Notes: a model not told the origin generated them from the letters alone. A DNA stretch of 63,735 nucleotides from Rhynchobatus australiae (GCA_034780895.1 JAUZTB010000076.1:108759650-108823384); one strand, 5' to 3'. Shown: positions 11,976 to 25,497, counted from the first letter of the stretch. Numbers and translations are program-made.

Positions 11976-12724
11976 CTAAAAGAAAATTCTCTTCAATTAA
12001 TTCATTCAAACAATTTCCGATGTTAAACTATAATGCAAAGCTCCAAAATCTGCAACTACCCAAAACAGCTCACTCAAACAAAATGCTTCATCAATTATGC
12101 TTGGGCAATTTTCACTTGAGCAGTCAAGAGTACACTAAACTCATTTGCATTACTCAAGTTCAAAATTAAGCTGCCCATCCCTTCTGGGCACTTGATACTT
12201 ATTGTCAACAAAGGCTACGCCCATAGGAAATTCGTACAATAGGAAAAAAATTTTACAGAACAATGGAACATAATTTGAAATTTATTGACTACAAAAAGTA
12301 CAAGTCAAAAGTAAAGAATCCTAAGTACTAGAAAATTAGCCACATATTTCAGGGAAACTTTGGATTAATGTACTGTGCTGCTGCTGCAAAAAGGTAATTT
12401 TCACAGTATTAATACCCTGTGTATGTATACTTATGACAACAATAAACGTGAACTGAAATTGTCATTTCCAACTCCATAACTGTTCAACAAGTTTTATCTC
12501 CTGCAAAGTTTCACTATGATTTACACACTGCATTTTCAGTGTTGGCAAAGTGAAGAAAATAATTAAAAACTCATGCCTGTTTCCAGTTATTTTCTATAGT
12601 GCCAATGAAAATTATTGGTTATAAATCATATTAGAGATTATATAATCTTAACTGTGAAATTACCACAAACTCTTAGAGAAGACTCCTATTAGGAATTAGA
12701 CATAAAGTTGGTATCATCTAAATC

Positions 12725-13262
12725 ACAGAGTCAGAGTTGTACAACATACAAACAGGTCCCTTGGCCCACCACATCCGCGCCAACCATCATGCCTATCTAT
12801 ACTGATCCCATTGATTCCATATCCCTCCGTGCCTTGCTCATTCAAGTACCTTTCCAGATGCTCCTTAAATGTTAATACTGTTTCTGGCTCCACCACTTCC
12901 TCTGACAGCTCACTTCAGATGCCAACTACATTTTGGTGTGAAAAATTTACATCTCAGATCCTCTTTAAACCTCCTCCCTCTCACCTTAAACTTATACCCT
13001 CTTGTTTTAGACACCCGTACCATGGGAAATGGGCTCTGGCTTCATACTCTATTCATGCCTCTCATAATTATATATACATCTATCATGTCAGTCTCCTTTG
13101 CTCCCAGACTATCCAATCTCTCCTTATAACTCAAGCCCTTCAATTCAGGCAACATCCTCATGAATCTTTTCTGCATTCTTTCCTGCTTAATCACATCATT
13201 CCTGTAGCACAGCAACCAGAATGGCACTCAATACTCTAAGTGCAGCCTAAACAACATATTGT
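12725..13262 (-). mobile_element. CR1 LINE 3' fragment
   Basis: ORF 13042-13227 (QKRFMRMLPELKGLSYKERL); reverse 3' tail at 12725-12790. Confidence 0.88.
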
Positions 13263-13334
13263 ACATGAATAATCCATTAATTTGACTGAAGTTCCACCAT
13301 GCAACTAACAGTAACTGGCACTACAAATGATTAC

Positions 13335-13542
13335 CTTGCTGTTTCGGTTAACGTATTCCTTGAAATCTTCATCCTTGCCAATGACAGGTTTACTTATTAG
13401 GTGCTCGTAATAGACACATACTGTGGGAATCAATGGAGCTTGTGGAGTCTCAGTTAACCATGTAATCTTTGTTGTTTTCTTATAATCCTTGTTTTCTAGA
13501 TTTAACTTTGCTTCAAGTGATTCAACTTTCCCTCTGGAATCT
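13335..13542 (-). CDS. EPRS1: EPRS1 exon 15 ([29 protein letters not shown]...NRNSK)
   Basis: ORF 13305-13577; ttttag / gtaatc; 208 nt. Confidence 0.97.
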
Positions 13543-13652
13543 CTAAAATAAAAAGTTTTATTAAATCTGATACACATCCCAGAGTTTTATATAAAAAAAC
13601 AAAGTCATGTCCTTCTGAATAAAGCAGCAAAATTCATAACTGTGTTTCTTAC

Positions 13653-13789
13653 CTGTTAATTTTAGTGATGTTAATGTTACCCCAATTGATGAAAGTAACC
13701 ATTTCTCCCTCCGTGAACGTTTCTGCATCTGCTCCCTCAATTAGCACTCTGGTTCCATACCATACAGGTTTCAGCCCTACATCCAGATT
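13653..13789 (-). CDS. EPRS1: EPRS1 exon 14 ([46 protein letters not shown])
   Basis: tgtcag / gtaaga; 137 nt. Confidence 0.97.
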
Positions 13790-14252
13790 CTGACAGAAAG
13801 AGCATGAAACAAAGAAAAAAATACAACACTCAGTGAAGGGATATTTTTAAAATAAAGAAGCAACAATCCAATTAGTTTGTGGTACCATTACTGATGTCAG
13901 CTATTTAATCCAGATTTATCTCATTAATGAATTTCACAGCCACTATGGTGACTCTTGAAAGCATCTTCAGAATTTAATTTACTTAATTTTGATAGCTCTG
14001 AAAGGTCTCTGAATGCCAGAGACATTTAAAATCTATGAAAAAAAAATTCAGCTGGGAAAGGGACATTTCAGGGGAGGAGCTTCCTCAGAACATCTTTCGA
14101 GGCCTTACTATCACTCAGGCCACAGCACTGGAACATACAACCGCACGGACTAGCAAGATAGGCCGTCCACATCAGGTTAAGTTGTGGAGAATATGTGTCG
14201 GTAGGATTTCATCCAACAGTGTCGTTATCCTTTAATTTTTAAACTCTATTAC

Positions 14253-14363
14253 CTTAGGATGCTTGGCCACATCCTTCATTTCTTCCTTGGCCTCTGGCAC
14301 ACTCACAGGCACTACCTCATGCTTCAATAAAGCTGTGTAACGCGGTGCTACTGGATCAATAAC
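14253..14363 (-). CDS. EPRS1: EPRS1 exon 13 ([14 protein letters not shown]...VAKHPK)
   Basis: ORF 14232-14414; tttcag / gtaata; 111 nt. Confidence 0.97.
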
Positions 14364-15910
14364 CTGAAAAATAGATATGTTCATTATATCTGCATAATCC
14401 AAAATGATGTTCAATTTTCAATTGCATGCAATTTGCAAAATAATACATGGAATTGTTTAGCTTGATGCATTCAACTAACAATTATAGCACTGGTGAAAAG
14501 GAATTTGAAAAGTAGAGAGGGTTTCAATAAGTGTATTGCTGCTTGTGCTTTTAAAATGTTGTTATTTTCTATAAAACTAGTTATAGTGCTTACAAGAATT
14601 TTAACTGTGCAAATCAATTATAAATAAAAATTGGATTAACATTATTTTGATTTTCAGTTAAGTGCAACAACATAAACAATCCTCAATGTGAGCTAAGTGA
14701 ACATAAAAAGCCATTCCTTTAGAATTGAAGATAGGAGAAAGTAAATATTAAAATAGCAGGAAGAATGATACTGAAGTGCAAGCAAATGGGTATGCTAGCA
14801 AGAAATAGTTCAACAAATCAAATTCAAATGGTTTAGATCAAGACTTTGGTCAAGCTACCCAAAGTCCTAGAATGGTGTTTCTGCACTCAATTAATTGTCA
14901 TACAATTTCACTTGCTACCTATGCTGGCAGTAATTTAATTAATTCAAGGTTTGTAAGCTCTGCCATGCCCTCTTCCAATTAGAAAGTTACAAGTTTAGGA
15001 CTATACATTACACATTACCTTGCACCAAATTTGAGATATTCCATATTGTACATGGTACAGTGTCTTTACTGTACATGCGATCAAAATAAAAACAAACAAA
15101 GGAAAGCCTGCCTGCAGCAGCAAGGTTTTGCTTCAAAGCTACAATTACATTTGATTTTTCTGCACTTTAAAATTACAAAAGCTTGTGTGGTTAGCTAAGC
15201 ACAATAAGCACACCTCCCCATCCCCACCACCCCAGATTTGTAACGGGTAAATATATATTAAAAATCAGGCTGTATTAATGAAATAACACTTGAATTTGTG
15301 TAAATGCAGAATTTGATTGCTCAAGATATAGCAAAACAATTACTGCCATTTTTATTATATATGCTCAGAATATTTATGTAGGTAATCATATTGCTATCAA
15401 AACGTGCAGAAAACCATACCAGAAAAAATAGTCACAATAGTTCAAAAGGTGGCCAATCATGCACACACTTTGAACTTTAAAGTGGTCTTGCCATGCTTTT
15501 CAAGCTGTGTAGTACACCTAATACTAATTAGTGCAGAAAATTAGTAAGTAATACCTTGTTACAGTTAGCTTGCAGCTTGAAAGCAGAAAATGCAATGCAT
15601 AGATTGTGTTTAATTCACAGTAAATTTGCACATTTTGGGTTACAGAATATTGAGATTTGTTTTCTTTTCATACTCTTAGTCCAACGCAAAAGTAAACAAT
15701 TTGCACCAAAATTAGATTTTTAGTACTTTTTAAGGCAACAGAGAAACAGTTGTCATCATGTAACCATTCGCAAGAACATTCCATTTTCCTCACAAAAGCT
15801 GTCATTTTTATACACTAAATTCACACAAGAAAAAGAACATAGAACTTACAACAAAAAGTGCAATCAAAAGCAGATGTTACTCAGCAAGGTGTAAAGCTTT
15901 CATCAAGTCA

Positions 15911-16036
<126 letters not shown>

Positions 16037-16093
16037 TTACCCTAAATCATTGAAAGCTATACAGATAGTATGAAGGCACCCAGCTAACTTTCA

Positions 16094-16622
<529 letters not shown>

Positions 16623-16790
16623 AAATGTTATTTCCAAAAACCCATTATAATGAGAAAACTCTCAACACATTCCAAACAATTTAAAGTAAAGCACCACTAG
16701 GAAAGATAATCTAATGTAAAATTAGAGATATTTCTGTAAATTATTTGTTAAGGTTAAAAATTAGTCAAGCTTAATTTTAGCATAACCTTA

Positions 16791-17096
<306 letters not shown>

Positions 17097-17560
17097 TTAG
17101 TTAAATCACTATTTTAGCATTTTTCAAGAATACGATTCTAACAATGTTCTTTCAGTCCACTTTATCATGTCTACCAATTCGTAAGCTTCTGAGACAATTG
17201 TTCCAAGCTGTTCAACAAGTGTTCCTTAAGAAATTGTTCCTGCTATTTGTCTTACCGTTCAAGTTTATCTTCACGTGATTTTGGGTTGATTAAATCTTTT
17301 TTTCTGTGTCATTTGAGAATGATAAGTTACATTTTATTATATTGCTCCTCATACACCTTCCTTTCACTACCATTAACCATTCCCTTAAGACTCTTAAGGG
17401 AATGGTGCTGTTTTATGCCATCCAGCATAAAAAGAATAAACGTAACCTAATCAAGCAATAATAAAAGCCCACCAACAATCTAGCATCTGAATCTTACCTA
17501 TTTTTTTTGAGATTACATTTGGTTAACAAGTTGACTAACATCATTAATCTTCAACTTCTC

Positions 17561-17885
17561 TATTGGTATTGGTTTATTATTGCCACTTGTACTGAGGTAC
17601 AATGAAAAGCTTGTCTTACAAACCAATCGTACAGGTCAATTCATTACACAGTGCAGTTACACTGAGTTAGTACAAAGTGCATTGATGTAGTACAGGTAAA
17701 AACAGTAACAGTACAGAGTAAAATGCCACAGTTACAGTGAAAGTGCAGTGCAATAAGGTGCAAGGTCACAACAGGGTAGATCGTGAGGTCATAGTCCATC
17801 TCACTGTATAAGGGAACCGTTTATAGTCTTATCACAGTGGGGTAGAAGCTGTCCTTAAGTCTGGTGGTACGTGCCCTCAGGCTCA
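17561..17885 (-). mobile_element. LINE 3' end (probably Rex1/Babar), reverse copy
   Basis: Reverse complement of 23010-23190, extending into ggggtagaagctgtccttaagtctggtggtacgtgcc. Confidence 0.7.
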
Positions 17886-18346
17886 CAAGGGAAACAACCA
17901 ATTCCAAAGCAAGCCTCAAGATATATCGGAATTTCTGGTTCATGACATCCATAATTTTCCAAAGAGTTAAATTAATGCCTTGAAAACTAATTCAGCATTC
18001 ATCCAATTTTTTGATTTTTACTTCAATAGACAAATCATTTCATGAGAAGTGGTTTGACCAAAAATGACCTCTGATATCCACATTCCTCTCATAAGATTTG
18101 ATCTTTCATGGTGATCAAAAGATATTCTGGGGTCAATGATTAAATCTGACTTCAATATCATTAAGAGCAGTAAGTTTTATTTATTCACCCATTGTTGGCA
18201 CACACTAGTAACAAAGTAATGGTATAGTACTGAAACAAGTGACAGGCTACATTACCTGTTCTACTGCTGACAGAGACCATTTACACTGGCGATGTTTCTC
18301 TGGATCAAGATTCCAAAGTACTCCTGGCCAAGCTTGGATGAGACTT

Positions 18347-18476
18347 AAAGACACAAGGGACTGCAGATGCTGGAATCTGGAGCAACAAACAATTGGCTGG
18401 AAGAACTCAAGGAGACAAGCAGCATCTGTTGGGGGAAAGAAATTGTTGACGTTTTGGGTTGAAACCTCCCTCAGGA
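18347..18476 (-). mobile_element. Penelope-derived short element
   Basis: gacacaagggactgcagatgctggaatctggagcaac...gaactcaag...gcagcatctg...gttgacgttttgggttgaaacc. Confidence 0.65.
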
Positions 18477-18879
18477 TAAGACTTACCCCTTTTTCATGAA
18501 GGTTAAACTTCAATCTACATTGACATTCTCATAGGTACCAGATTCCTATTTACTTCTCAACTACCATAAAACCATGCTTTTATTAGAATTCATATTCAGA
18601 CAATATCCTGATAAAACTAAATATATGTGAAAATCTGCAGAGCTGTCCGGTTAGCATGACCACATTGTCTACAACTTTGTGTTCAGTAGTACAGTAAAAG
18701 TATGTTTTCAGGGACTCCTGAAAATATCTGCAAAAGCATTTCCTTATCTGTGGTTTGCTATTGAACTGACATTCTCCCACAGTCTGCCTACTTCATCTGA
18801 GCCTTTCAAAGGCCCACTTTCTGAGCCTTTGGCATTTCAGTGAGCCTTTCTGTGTTAGCATTTCAGTCTTAGCTTTTCC

Positions 18880-19098
18880 ATTAGCTCTGCTTGCAGCACA
18901 CTTCTCTGCTGTCTCCTTTTTATGTCTGGATATTCTTACACTCCTTTAAGACTCTTCTTAAAACCCTCCATGGTCTTGGTTAGCTCCCCCACTCCGCCAA
19001 GAACTGTTTCCAGGGCTGGCATCTGTTTTGCCTTTCACATCCATAAAGCAACTTGAAATATTTTTATGCTTAAAGTAGTATATAACTGCAAGTTGTTG
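18880..19098 (+). mobile_element. Old L2-type LINE 3' end
   Basis: ctcctttaagactcttcttaaaacc...taaagtagtatataactgcaagttgttg, resembling L2 termini. Confidence 0.5.
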
Positions 19099-19677
19099 AA
19101 GCTCATCTCATGTATGAGCATTAAAATTATGGGATATGTACGTGCAAGAAAGCTGTGAGCTGGACACATGAAATAAGTTACACTAACATACAATAAAACT
19201 TACAAACTGAAAATAATAAAACTGATTCAATAGATCTGAAAGGCAATNNNNNNNNNNCTTTTTGTATTTTTTATTTTAATAGTATTTTCTGCTACATAAA
19301 GATGATCTTCACCTCACAGCGACTCTGACATGCAGGGAGACCCAACCAATATATGGGCCCCTTTTTAAACTCACCAAAGGCTTTAACTCCACTAACGAAG
19401 AGGAGCACTCTCCTCAAATTTTATTGGCCATATTAATTCATCTCCATCTTATGATTACTTCATGAAGGCTTGCAAGCCGTGATCTACATAAAGGGCCTAC
19501 AATAGTGAAGATTGATAGTGAAAGTCAAAAGTCAGAGTCGAGGTTATTGCGATATGCACAAGTACATGTGTGCACAGGTGCAATGAAAAACTTACTTGCA
19601 GCAGCATCACAGGTATCACAGCAGTGGCATCAGGCAAGGCTGTGTGTCATTACCCCTACATTTTTCTCAATCTTTTT

Positions 19678-19920
19678 AGGAGATTTACAGATAATGGTCA
19701 GGAGCTAAGGAATGTTGACGAACAGAGGGACCTTGAGGTACAAATCCATAATTCACTGAAAGTGGCAATACAGGTGGATAGGGTGGTGAAGAAGGCATGT
19801 GGTATTCTTGCCTTCATAGGTTGGGGTGTAGAATATAAAACCTGGGAGGTTATGTTGCAACTTTAGAAAATGCTGGTTAGTCTACACTAAAGAATATTGT
19901 TTGCATTCTGACCATCACCA
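19678..19920 (+). mobile_element. CR1 RT fragment
   Basis: EQRDLEVQIHNSLKVAIQVDRVVKKACGILAFI in ORF 19570-19866. Confidence 0.85.
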
Positions 19921-20040
19921 TTCTTCGTGGAAAAGAAGCATTTTGGGATGTCATTGAGAATCCATGCAGTTTGCACTAAAATGGACTTAGTTTTCTTTTT
20001 GTTCTAAATATGTTATCTCTTGTAAAAATTGTGTATAATT

Positions 20041-20348
20041 GGGCAGGCACGGTAGTGTAGCATGTAATGTAATGCTATTACAGTACCAGCAACCCAGGTT
20101 CAATTCTGGCCGCTGTCTGTAAGGAGTTTGTATGTTCTCCCCGTGTCTGCGTGGGTTTCCTCCAGGTGCTCCAGTTTCCTCCCACGTTTCAAAGACGTAC
20201 AGGTTAGGAAGTTGTGGGCGTGCTATGTTGGTGCTGGAAGTGTGATGACATTTGCGGGCTGCCCCCAGCACATTCTCAGTAACGCAAAAAGAGGCATTTC
20301 ACTGTGTGTCTTGATGTACACGTGATCAATAAATGAATCTTATCTTAC
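20041..20348 (+). mobile_element. tRNA-derived V-domain SINE
   Basis: A-box-like ggtagtgtagc, B-box ggttcaattc, V domain ggagtttgtatgttctccccgtgtctgcgtgggtttcctcc..., tail aataaatgaatcttatcttac. Confidence 0.9.
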
Positions 20349-20994
20349 CTAAGTGAATAATATCACTTTTTTTCACATTATACTCCATCTACCAACTTCT
20401 TGCTCCCTCACTTAAGCTATCTATACCCCTTTGCAGATCCTGTTCAAACACTGCTAACCCACCTGTGTATGATAATATGTTTGGTGACGGTACACTTGCT
20501 CCTTTCAACCAAGTTAAATAGTTGAGACTCCAGCATTGATCCATCACTGGCTGTGAAGTAGTTTGGGAAGTTCGAAGGTTTCGAAAGATGTGATAACTCC
20601 TACATTCCTTCAATGATTCCCATCTCCAGTTACTGAACTTCTGTTATTGAGCAGATAATCTCACCCAGCGCTTAGAATCATCTGTTCTTTTTCAATATTT
20701 TATCAATAGATTTTGGAAATGATGATGGATCTTTGGTCTTCATTAAGACCATTCCTACTCTCTGCACGTTAAACATTTGATCAAATGGAACAAACCGCCA
20801 GAGGAAGTGGGTGAGGCAGGTACAATAGTATCACTTAAGAAGCACTTGGATTGGTACATGGAGGGGTGGAACAGAGGGATATAGGCTGAACACAGGAAAC
20901 TGGAACTAGATGGATGAGCACCATGGTCGGCATGGACTCACCGGGCTGAATGGCCTGTATCTGTACTCTACGACTCTAAATAATCGTTGGGCAT

Positions 20995-21975
20995 CCCAAA
21001 TTCTCTCCACCATCTACATGGCACAAACATGCTCTCCACTTGCCTGGAGATGTGCAACTCCAGTAATACTGAAGATGCTTGACAGCATCCAGGAAAAAGA
21101 AGCCCAATTGACTGGCACCATCCACCACACTAAACATTCGTTACACCCACTTCTGGCAAACTGCAGCTCCAGTGTGTACAAAATGGATGGCAGTCACTCC
21201 AATTGCACCTCCCAAAACCCGTGACTTCAACTACCAAGAAAGACAAGAGCAGCTGGGAATGGGAAAGGCCACTATCTGAAAGTTCCTCTGCCACTTGCCT
21301 GGATGAGTGCAGCTTCACCAGCACTCAAGAAGCTCGACACCATACTGGACATAGTATCCCGCTTGGTTGGCAGCCCATCCACAAACACTCACTCACTCCA
21401 CCACCGACGCACAGTAGCAGCAATTTGTACCATTTACAGGATGCACTGCAGCAACTCACCAAGTCTCCTTAGACAGCACCTTCCAAACCCACCGCCTCTA
21501 CCAGCTAGAAGGACAAGGGCAGCAGAAGCACAGGGAACACCACCCCCTGGAAGTTGCCCTCTAAGCCATACCCCATCCTGACCTAGAAAAATATTGCCTC
21601 TCCTTCACTGTTGCTGGGGTCAGCTCCCTCCCTCACAGCATTGTGGGTGTACCCACACCTCAAGGACTGCAGCGGTTCAAGAAGGCAGCTCACCACCACC
21701 ACCTTCTCAAGAGCAACTAGGGACAGGCAATTAAATGCTGGCTCAGCCCACAAAGCCCACATCCCTGGAACAAAGATTTAAAAAAACTCGCACTTCATCC
21801 TGGGTAAAGTAAATCAATGGCCCTTTATTATCACTGGGTCTAAATCCTGGAAGTCCTTACCAAAAGGTGCATGGGATTATCTTCACGAGAAGGACTGTGG
21901 TGGTTCAAGAATACGATTCATCAAGGGCAATTAGATCTGGGTAATAAATGCTGACCTTGCCATCAACACCCATAT
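20995..21975 (+). mobile_element. CR1-group LINE 3' end with a younger same-family copy (21290-21785) nested inside
   Basis: ORF 21303-21581 (LKKLDTI...HSLHHRRTVAAICTIYRMHCSNSP); degenerate equivalent segments flank it on both sides. Confidence 0.8.
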
Positions 21976-22067
21976 CTAGTTAGGTAGTTAGTTCATTCAT
22001 TAGTTAGTTAGTTGGATGGATGGATGGATGGATGGATAGATCGATAGATATATAGATAGATAGATAG
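21976..22067. repeat. Compound tetranucleotide microsatellite (TAGT/GGAT/AGAT)
   Basis: tagttaggtagttagtt...ggatggatggatgg...agatagatagatag. Confidence 0.9.
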
Positions 22068-23009
22068 AAAGAATCAAAAGTTATTTGATCAGATTTTCTT
22101 TGAATGTTTTGATACCTTTAGTGTCAAACTTAAGTGCTATCTTGCTGAGCCATTCATCAAAGGTAGATAATCTGAGTTTTCACGCAGAGATGAAGTGTAA
22201 TAGCCATCAGAAGTGTTCATTTTTTTCAGAAGTATTTATTATCAAAGATACCATCATTCCTCGAGACTAATCAGCAAATAAATAGTTATTTAGATATATC
22301 ATTGCCACTCAAGGCAAAGGTATTAATGTGCATCATCGTATATGTGCTAGTTATTTATAGCAATGCTTCTGGCACTTTGTGTTCTTGTAAAAGTGAACAG
22401 TATAATTACAAAGATTGCAATCTATTTATTGCTCTATTCAATGTAATTTTATGTCTTGAAGCCACCTGTCTATTCAACGTGGTTAACATTTGTATGTTCT
22501 AAGTATGAAAATGTGTTTGTCTTTTCTGTACACCTGCCTCTCTTCTCAAACAAGATAGGAACTGAGAGTCAGTGATCTGACTGTAATTAAGGCGACAAAG
22601 GTTGTTAGGATTTATGATGCTACTTTCTATTTCAGCAGTTTCAGTTCAATGCTCCGAGGATGTGGAGCCAAACCTTTATTGAGCTTCTGTCCTTCAGAGT
22701 TGGATGACCCGAAGGATTAACTGCTAACCCCTTGCAGTTACATGTTAACCTTCTTACCGGATTATCCTTTCACCCTTACTGACTGGCAGCACCACCAGGT
22801 TGCATGAAGCCTGCTCTGTAATACTCATGTCAACAGTTGGAAAAATTCCAGCTTTGGGCACTAAACAAGGGAGTTATTTAAGTTCAGGAAATGTACTGAA
22901 GATGACTTCCTCCAAAACTCTCTCCAAGTAAACCCTGGCCAGACCCCCACAACTGATTTGTATGTTAAGGGATGTTCGAGTTAATGTTACAAGCCACATT
23001 CCCTCAGTT

Positions 23010-23190
23010 TACTTGCTTTATACTTTATACTGTTATTGTTTATTTTTTACCTGTACTACATCAATGCACTCTGTACTAACTCAATGTAACTGCACTACAC
23101 TTGTAATGAATTGACCTGTACGATCGGTTTGTAAGACAAGCTTTTCACTGTACCTCGGTACAAGTAACAACAATAAACCAATACCAATAA
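23010..23190 (+). mobile_element. LINE 3' UTR (probably Rex1/Babar)
   Basis: Ends aataaaccaataccaata; near-identical inverted copy at 17561-17720. Confidence 0.7.
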
Positions 23191-23669
23191 CTCTGGTTGT
23201 CAGTCTGAGAAGCAAATTAACTTGAAGTTAATCAAGGCGATTTTATTTGGTGCCTTAGTTCCCATACATCTGATATGTGGATAATGAGTGTGGAAAATGA
23301 GCAGGAATTTTCCTACCACCAATTCCATTTTATTCAGCAATATAGGTAGGTCAGTGAAAAATTCAGCAGTGAGATTGTTGCAAATATTAGTATCTAACAT
23401 TAATCGCAGGGGCAACATGACACCTATGTAGTTACTAAAATCACAAGCTTCTGAAAACAATCCATCTATTTCCCTTGTGGTCTGGATTCTGAGATAGCAA
23501 TGCCTTTCTATTCAGAGGCCAGAGTGTAATTGAAACCCATCTTTGTGAGAGCAACTTTCCACTCACACCAGGTTGTTGCTAGTCTGGTAACCAATATTTC
23601 CCTTATTGATGAAAGGCAGTTTCAAAAGACTGAACTTCAGTTTTGCTTGGCAAGGCCAAGTATGCCTCA

Positions 23670-24120
23670 GAATGAGAAGGTGGATGCTGAGAGACTGTTG
23701 TCTCGGGTTAGTAAGACCAGAGCAGAAGCTTTTTGTTTCGGCACAAGAGTCTGGACATTTTGGAAATTTCTTTGCTCAGAAAATAGAGTCATAGAGTCAT
23801 ACAGCACGGAAACAGGCCCTTCAACCCAACTGGGCCATGCTGACCAAGATTCCCATCTGAGCTCGTCCCATTTGTCTGCATTTGGCCCATATCCCTCTAA
23901 ACCTTTCCGATTCATTTGCCTGTCCAGCGTCTTTTAAATTTTGGAACTCAATGCACCCCTGAATCTGTGGATGTTCAATTTTATCATGAAGTTGATAGAC
24001 TTTTGGACATGAAGGGTACTAAGGGATATGGGGATCAGGCAGAAAGTGGGTAAGAGATGGGACCAGCTAAGCAGATAATCGAGCAGATTGAGGGCTCAAA
24101 AGACCTATTCATTCTCCTTT
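23670..24120 (+). mobile_element. Old CR1 3' end interrupted by a minus-strand CR1 tail (23782-23940)
   Basis: atagagtcatagagtcatacagcacggaaacaggcccttc is a reverse CR1 tail; the flanks continue a plus-strand CR1 3' region. Confidence 0.7.
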
Positions 24121-24572
24121 CACACCACTGTTGAAAATTCCAACTGGGACAGCTCCTATAGAAAGATTACAGAGTCACGTGGCTCATTGCTGAGGGAAAT
24201 AGGATTAATCCCACTGTTCTGCTCACTGATAGCCTGGATCCTCTGTTTCAAATAGTTATCTGTGGAGAGTTTCAACACGACTCAGTCTTGCTTTTCTCCT
24301 TAATCACTTTTGGATATTTCAGCAACAGTGGCTCTTTTTCAATGACTCTCCAATCAGCAGAGACAATGGATTTTACTGGCCTGCATCTGCCTCCTCTCAT
24401 TGGTCCTGTCCTGAACTTACCAATACTGAATGCAAAGGCTCTCCCTTGTTTGTCCGAAGTATCCCAGACTCCAGCAATAAGAACTAAGCCACAGCCGTGC
24501 CTCCAGTGGCACAGTGGAAAAGTCCTATCCTCTAAGCATCCCGGAGGCCTTTGATGGAAGCCCCCAGCTTTG

Positions 24573-24790
24573 TCTAAAATAAAAACAGAAAGTATTGGAA
24601 ACACTCAGTGAGTCAGGCTGCATCTGTGGGAAGAGAAACAGAGTTAATGTCTCAGGTCAAAGACCCTTCATCAGACCTGAAAAANNNNNNNNNNACTAAT
24701 TCTGTTTCTATTCTCACAGATGCGGCCTGATCCGTTGAGTATCTCCAGCGTTCTCTGTTTCCTTTTTAGATTTCCAGCATTTGCAGTATA
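24573..24790. mobile_element. Penelope-derived fold-back element (10-N gap at centre)
   Basis: Left arm actcagtgagtcaggctgcatctgtgggaagagaaacagagtta is inverted in the right arm taattctgtttctattctcacagatgcggcctgatccgttgagt. Confidence 0.7.
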
Positions 24791-24860
24791 TTTTCATTCC
24801 CAGCTCTGTCAGCTGTCAAAGAAACAACCATTTCTAAATATTTCTGTATGTCCTATGTCT

Positions 24861-24886
24861 TGTGTGTGTGTGTGTGTGTGTGTGTG
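24861..24886. repeat. (TG)n microsatellite
   Basis: Direct reading; lies near an N gap. Confidence 0.95.
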
Positions 24887-25027
24887 ACCCGTCCCACAGT
24901 GGGGGTCAGGGTGGGGGGGTGTGTGTGNNNNNNNNNNNNNNNNNNNNNNNNNNNNNNNNNNNNNNNNNNNNNNNNNNNNNNNNNNNNNNNNNNNNNNNNN
25001 NNNNNNNNNNNNNNNNNNNNNNNNNNN

Positions 25028-25335
25028 AGGATGCTTTCTATGGTGCATTGTTAAAAGTTGGAGAGAGTCAAAGGGGACAAACCAAATTCCTTTAGCCTCC
25101 TGAGGAAGTAGAGACACTGGTGAGCTTTCTTGGCTGTGGCATCTACGTGATTTGACCAGGACAGGCTGTTGGCGATGTTCACTTCCAGGAACTTGAAGCT
25201 GTCAACTCTCTCGACCTCAGCACCATTGATGTAGAGGGGTGCATGTACACCACCCCTTTTCCTGAAGTCAATGACCAGCTCTTTTGTTTTGATGACATTG
25301 AGGGAAAGGTTGTCGTCATGACACCATTCCACTAA
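25028..25335 (-). mobile_element. Rex1/Babar-clade LINE RT C-terminal fragment
   Basis: ORF 25051-25332: WC..NLSLNV.KTKELVIDFRK...VERVDSFKFL...KKAHQCLYFLRRLK. Confidence 0.9.
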
Positions 25336-25497
25336 TGGCAGTCTATTTCACAGTTCCTCCTATTTATGTGGAGGATGTACTCCTTATTCCACTTAAATGC
25401 AGTACTTTCTATTTCCACATACTGAATTAATTTGCCACTAATTTTCCTGCCTGTGTTGCTAATTCAGTTAAATTTCTGACCAATCATAATCATCAAA

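Noticed and set aside
14035-14235. 66-aa antisense ORF and an antisense 7-nt loop with TTC (Glu anticodon-like) at 14201-14217
   Set aside because: Both are on the strand opposite EPRS1; the sense loop reads GAA, so it is not direct evidence for a Glu/Pro tRNA mimic
20041-20115. tRNA-like A/B boxes (also 62403-62475)
   Set aside because: SINE heads followed by a V domain, not tRNA genes
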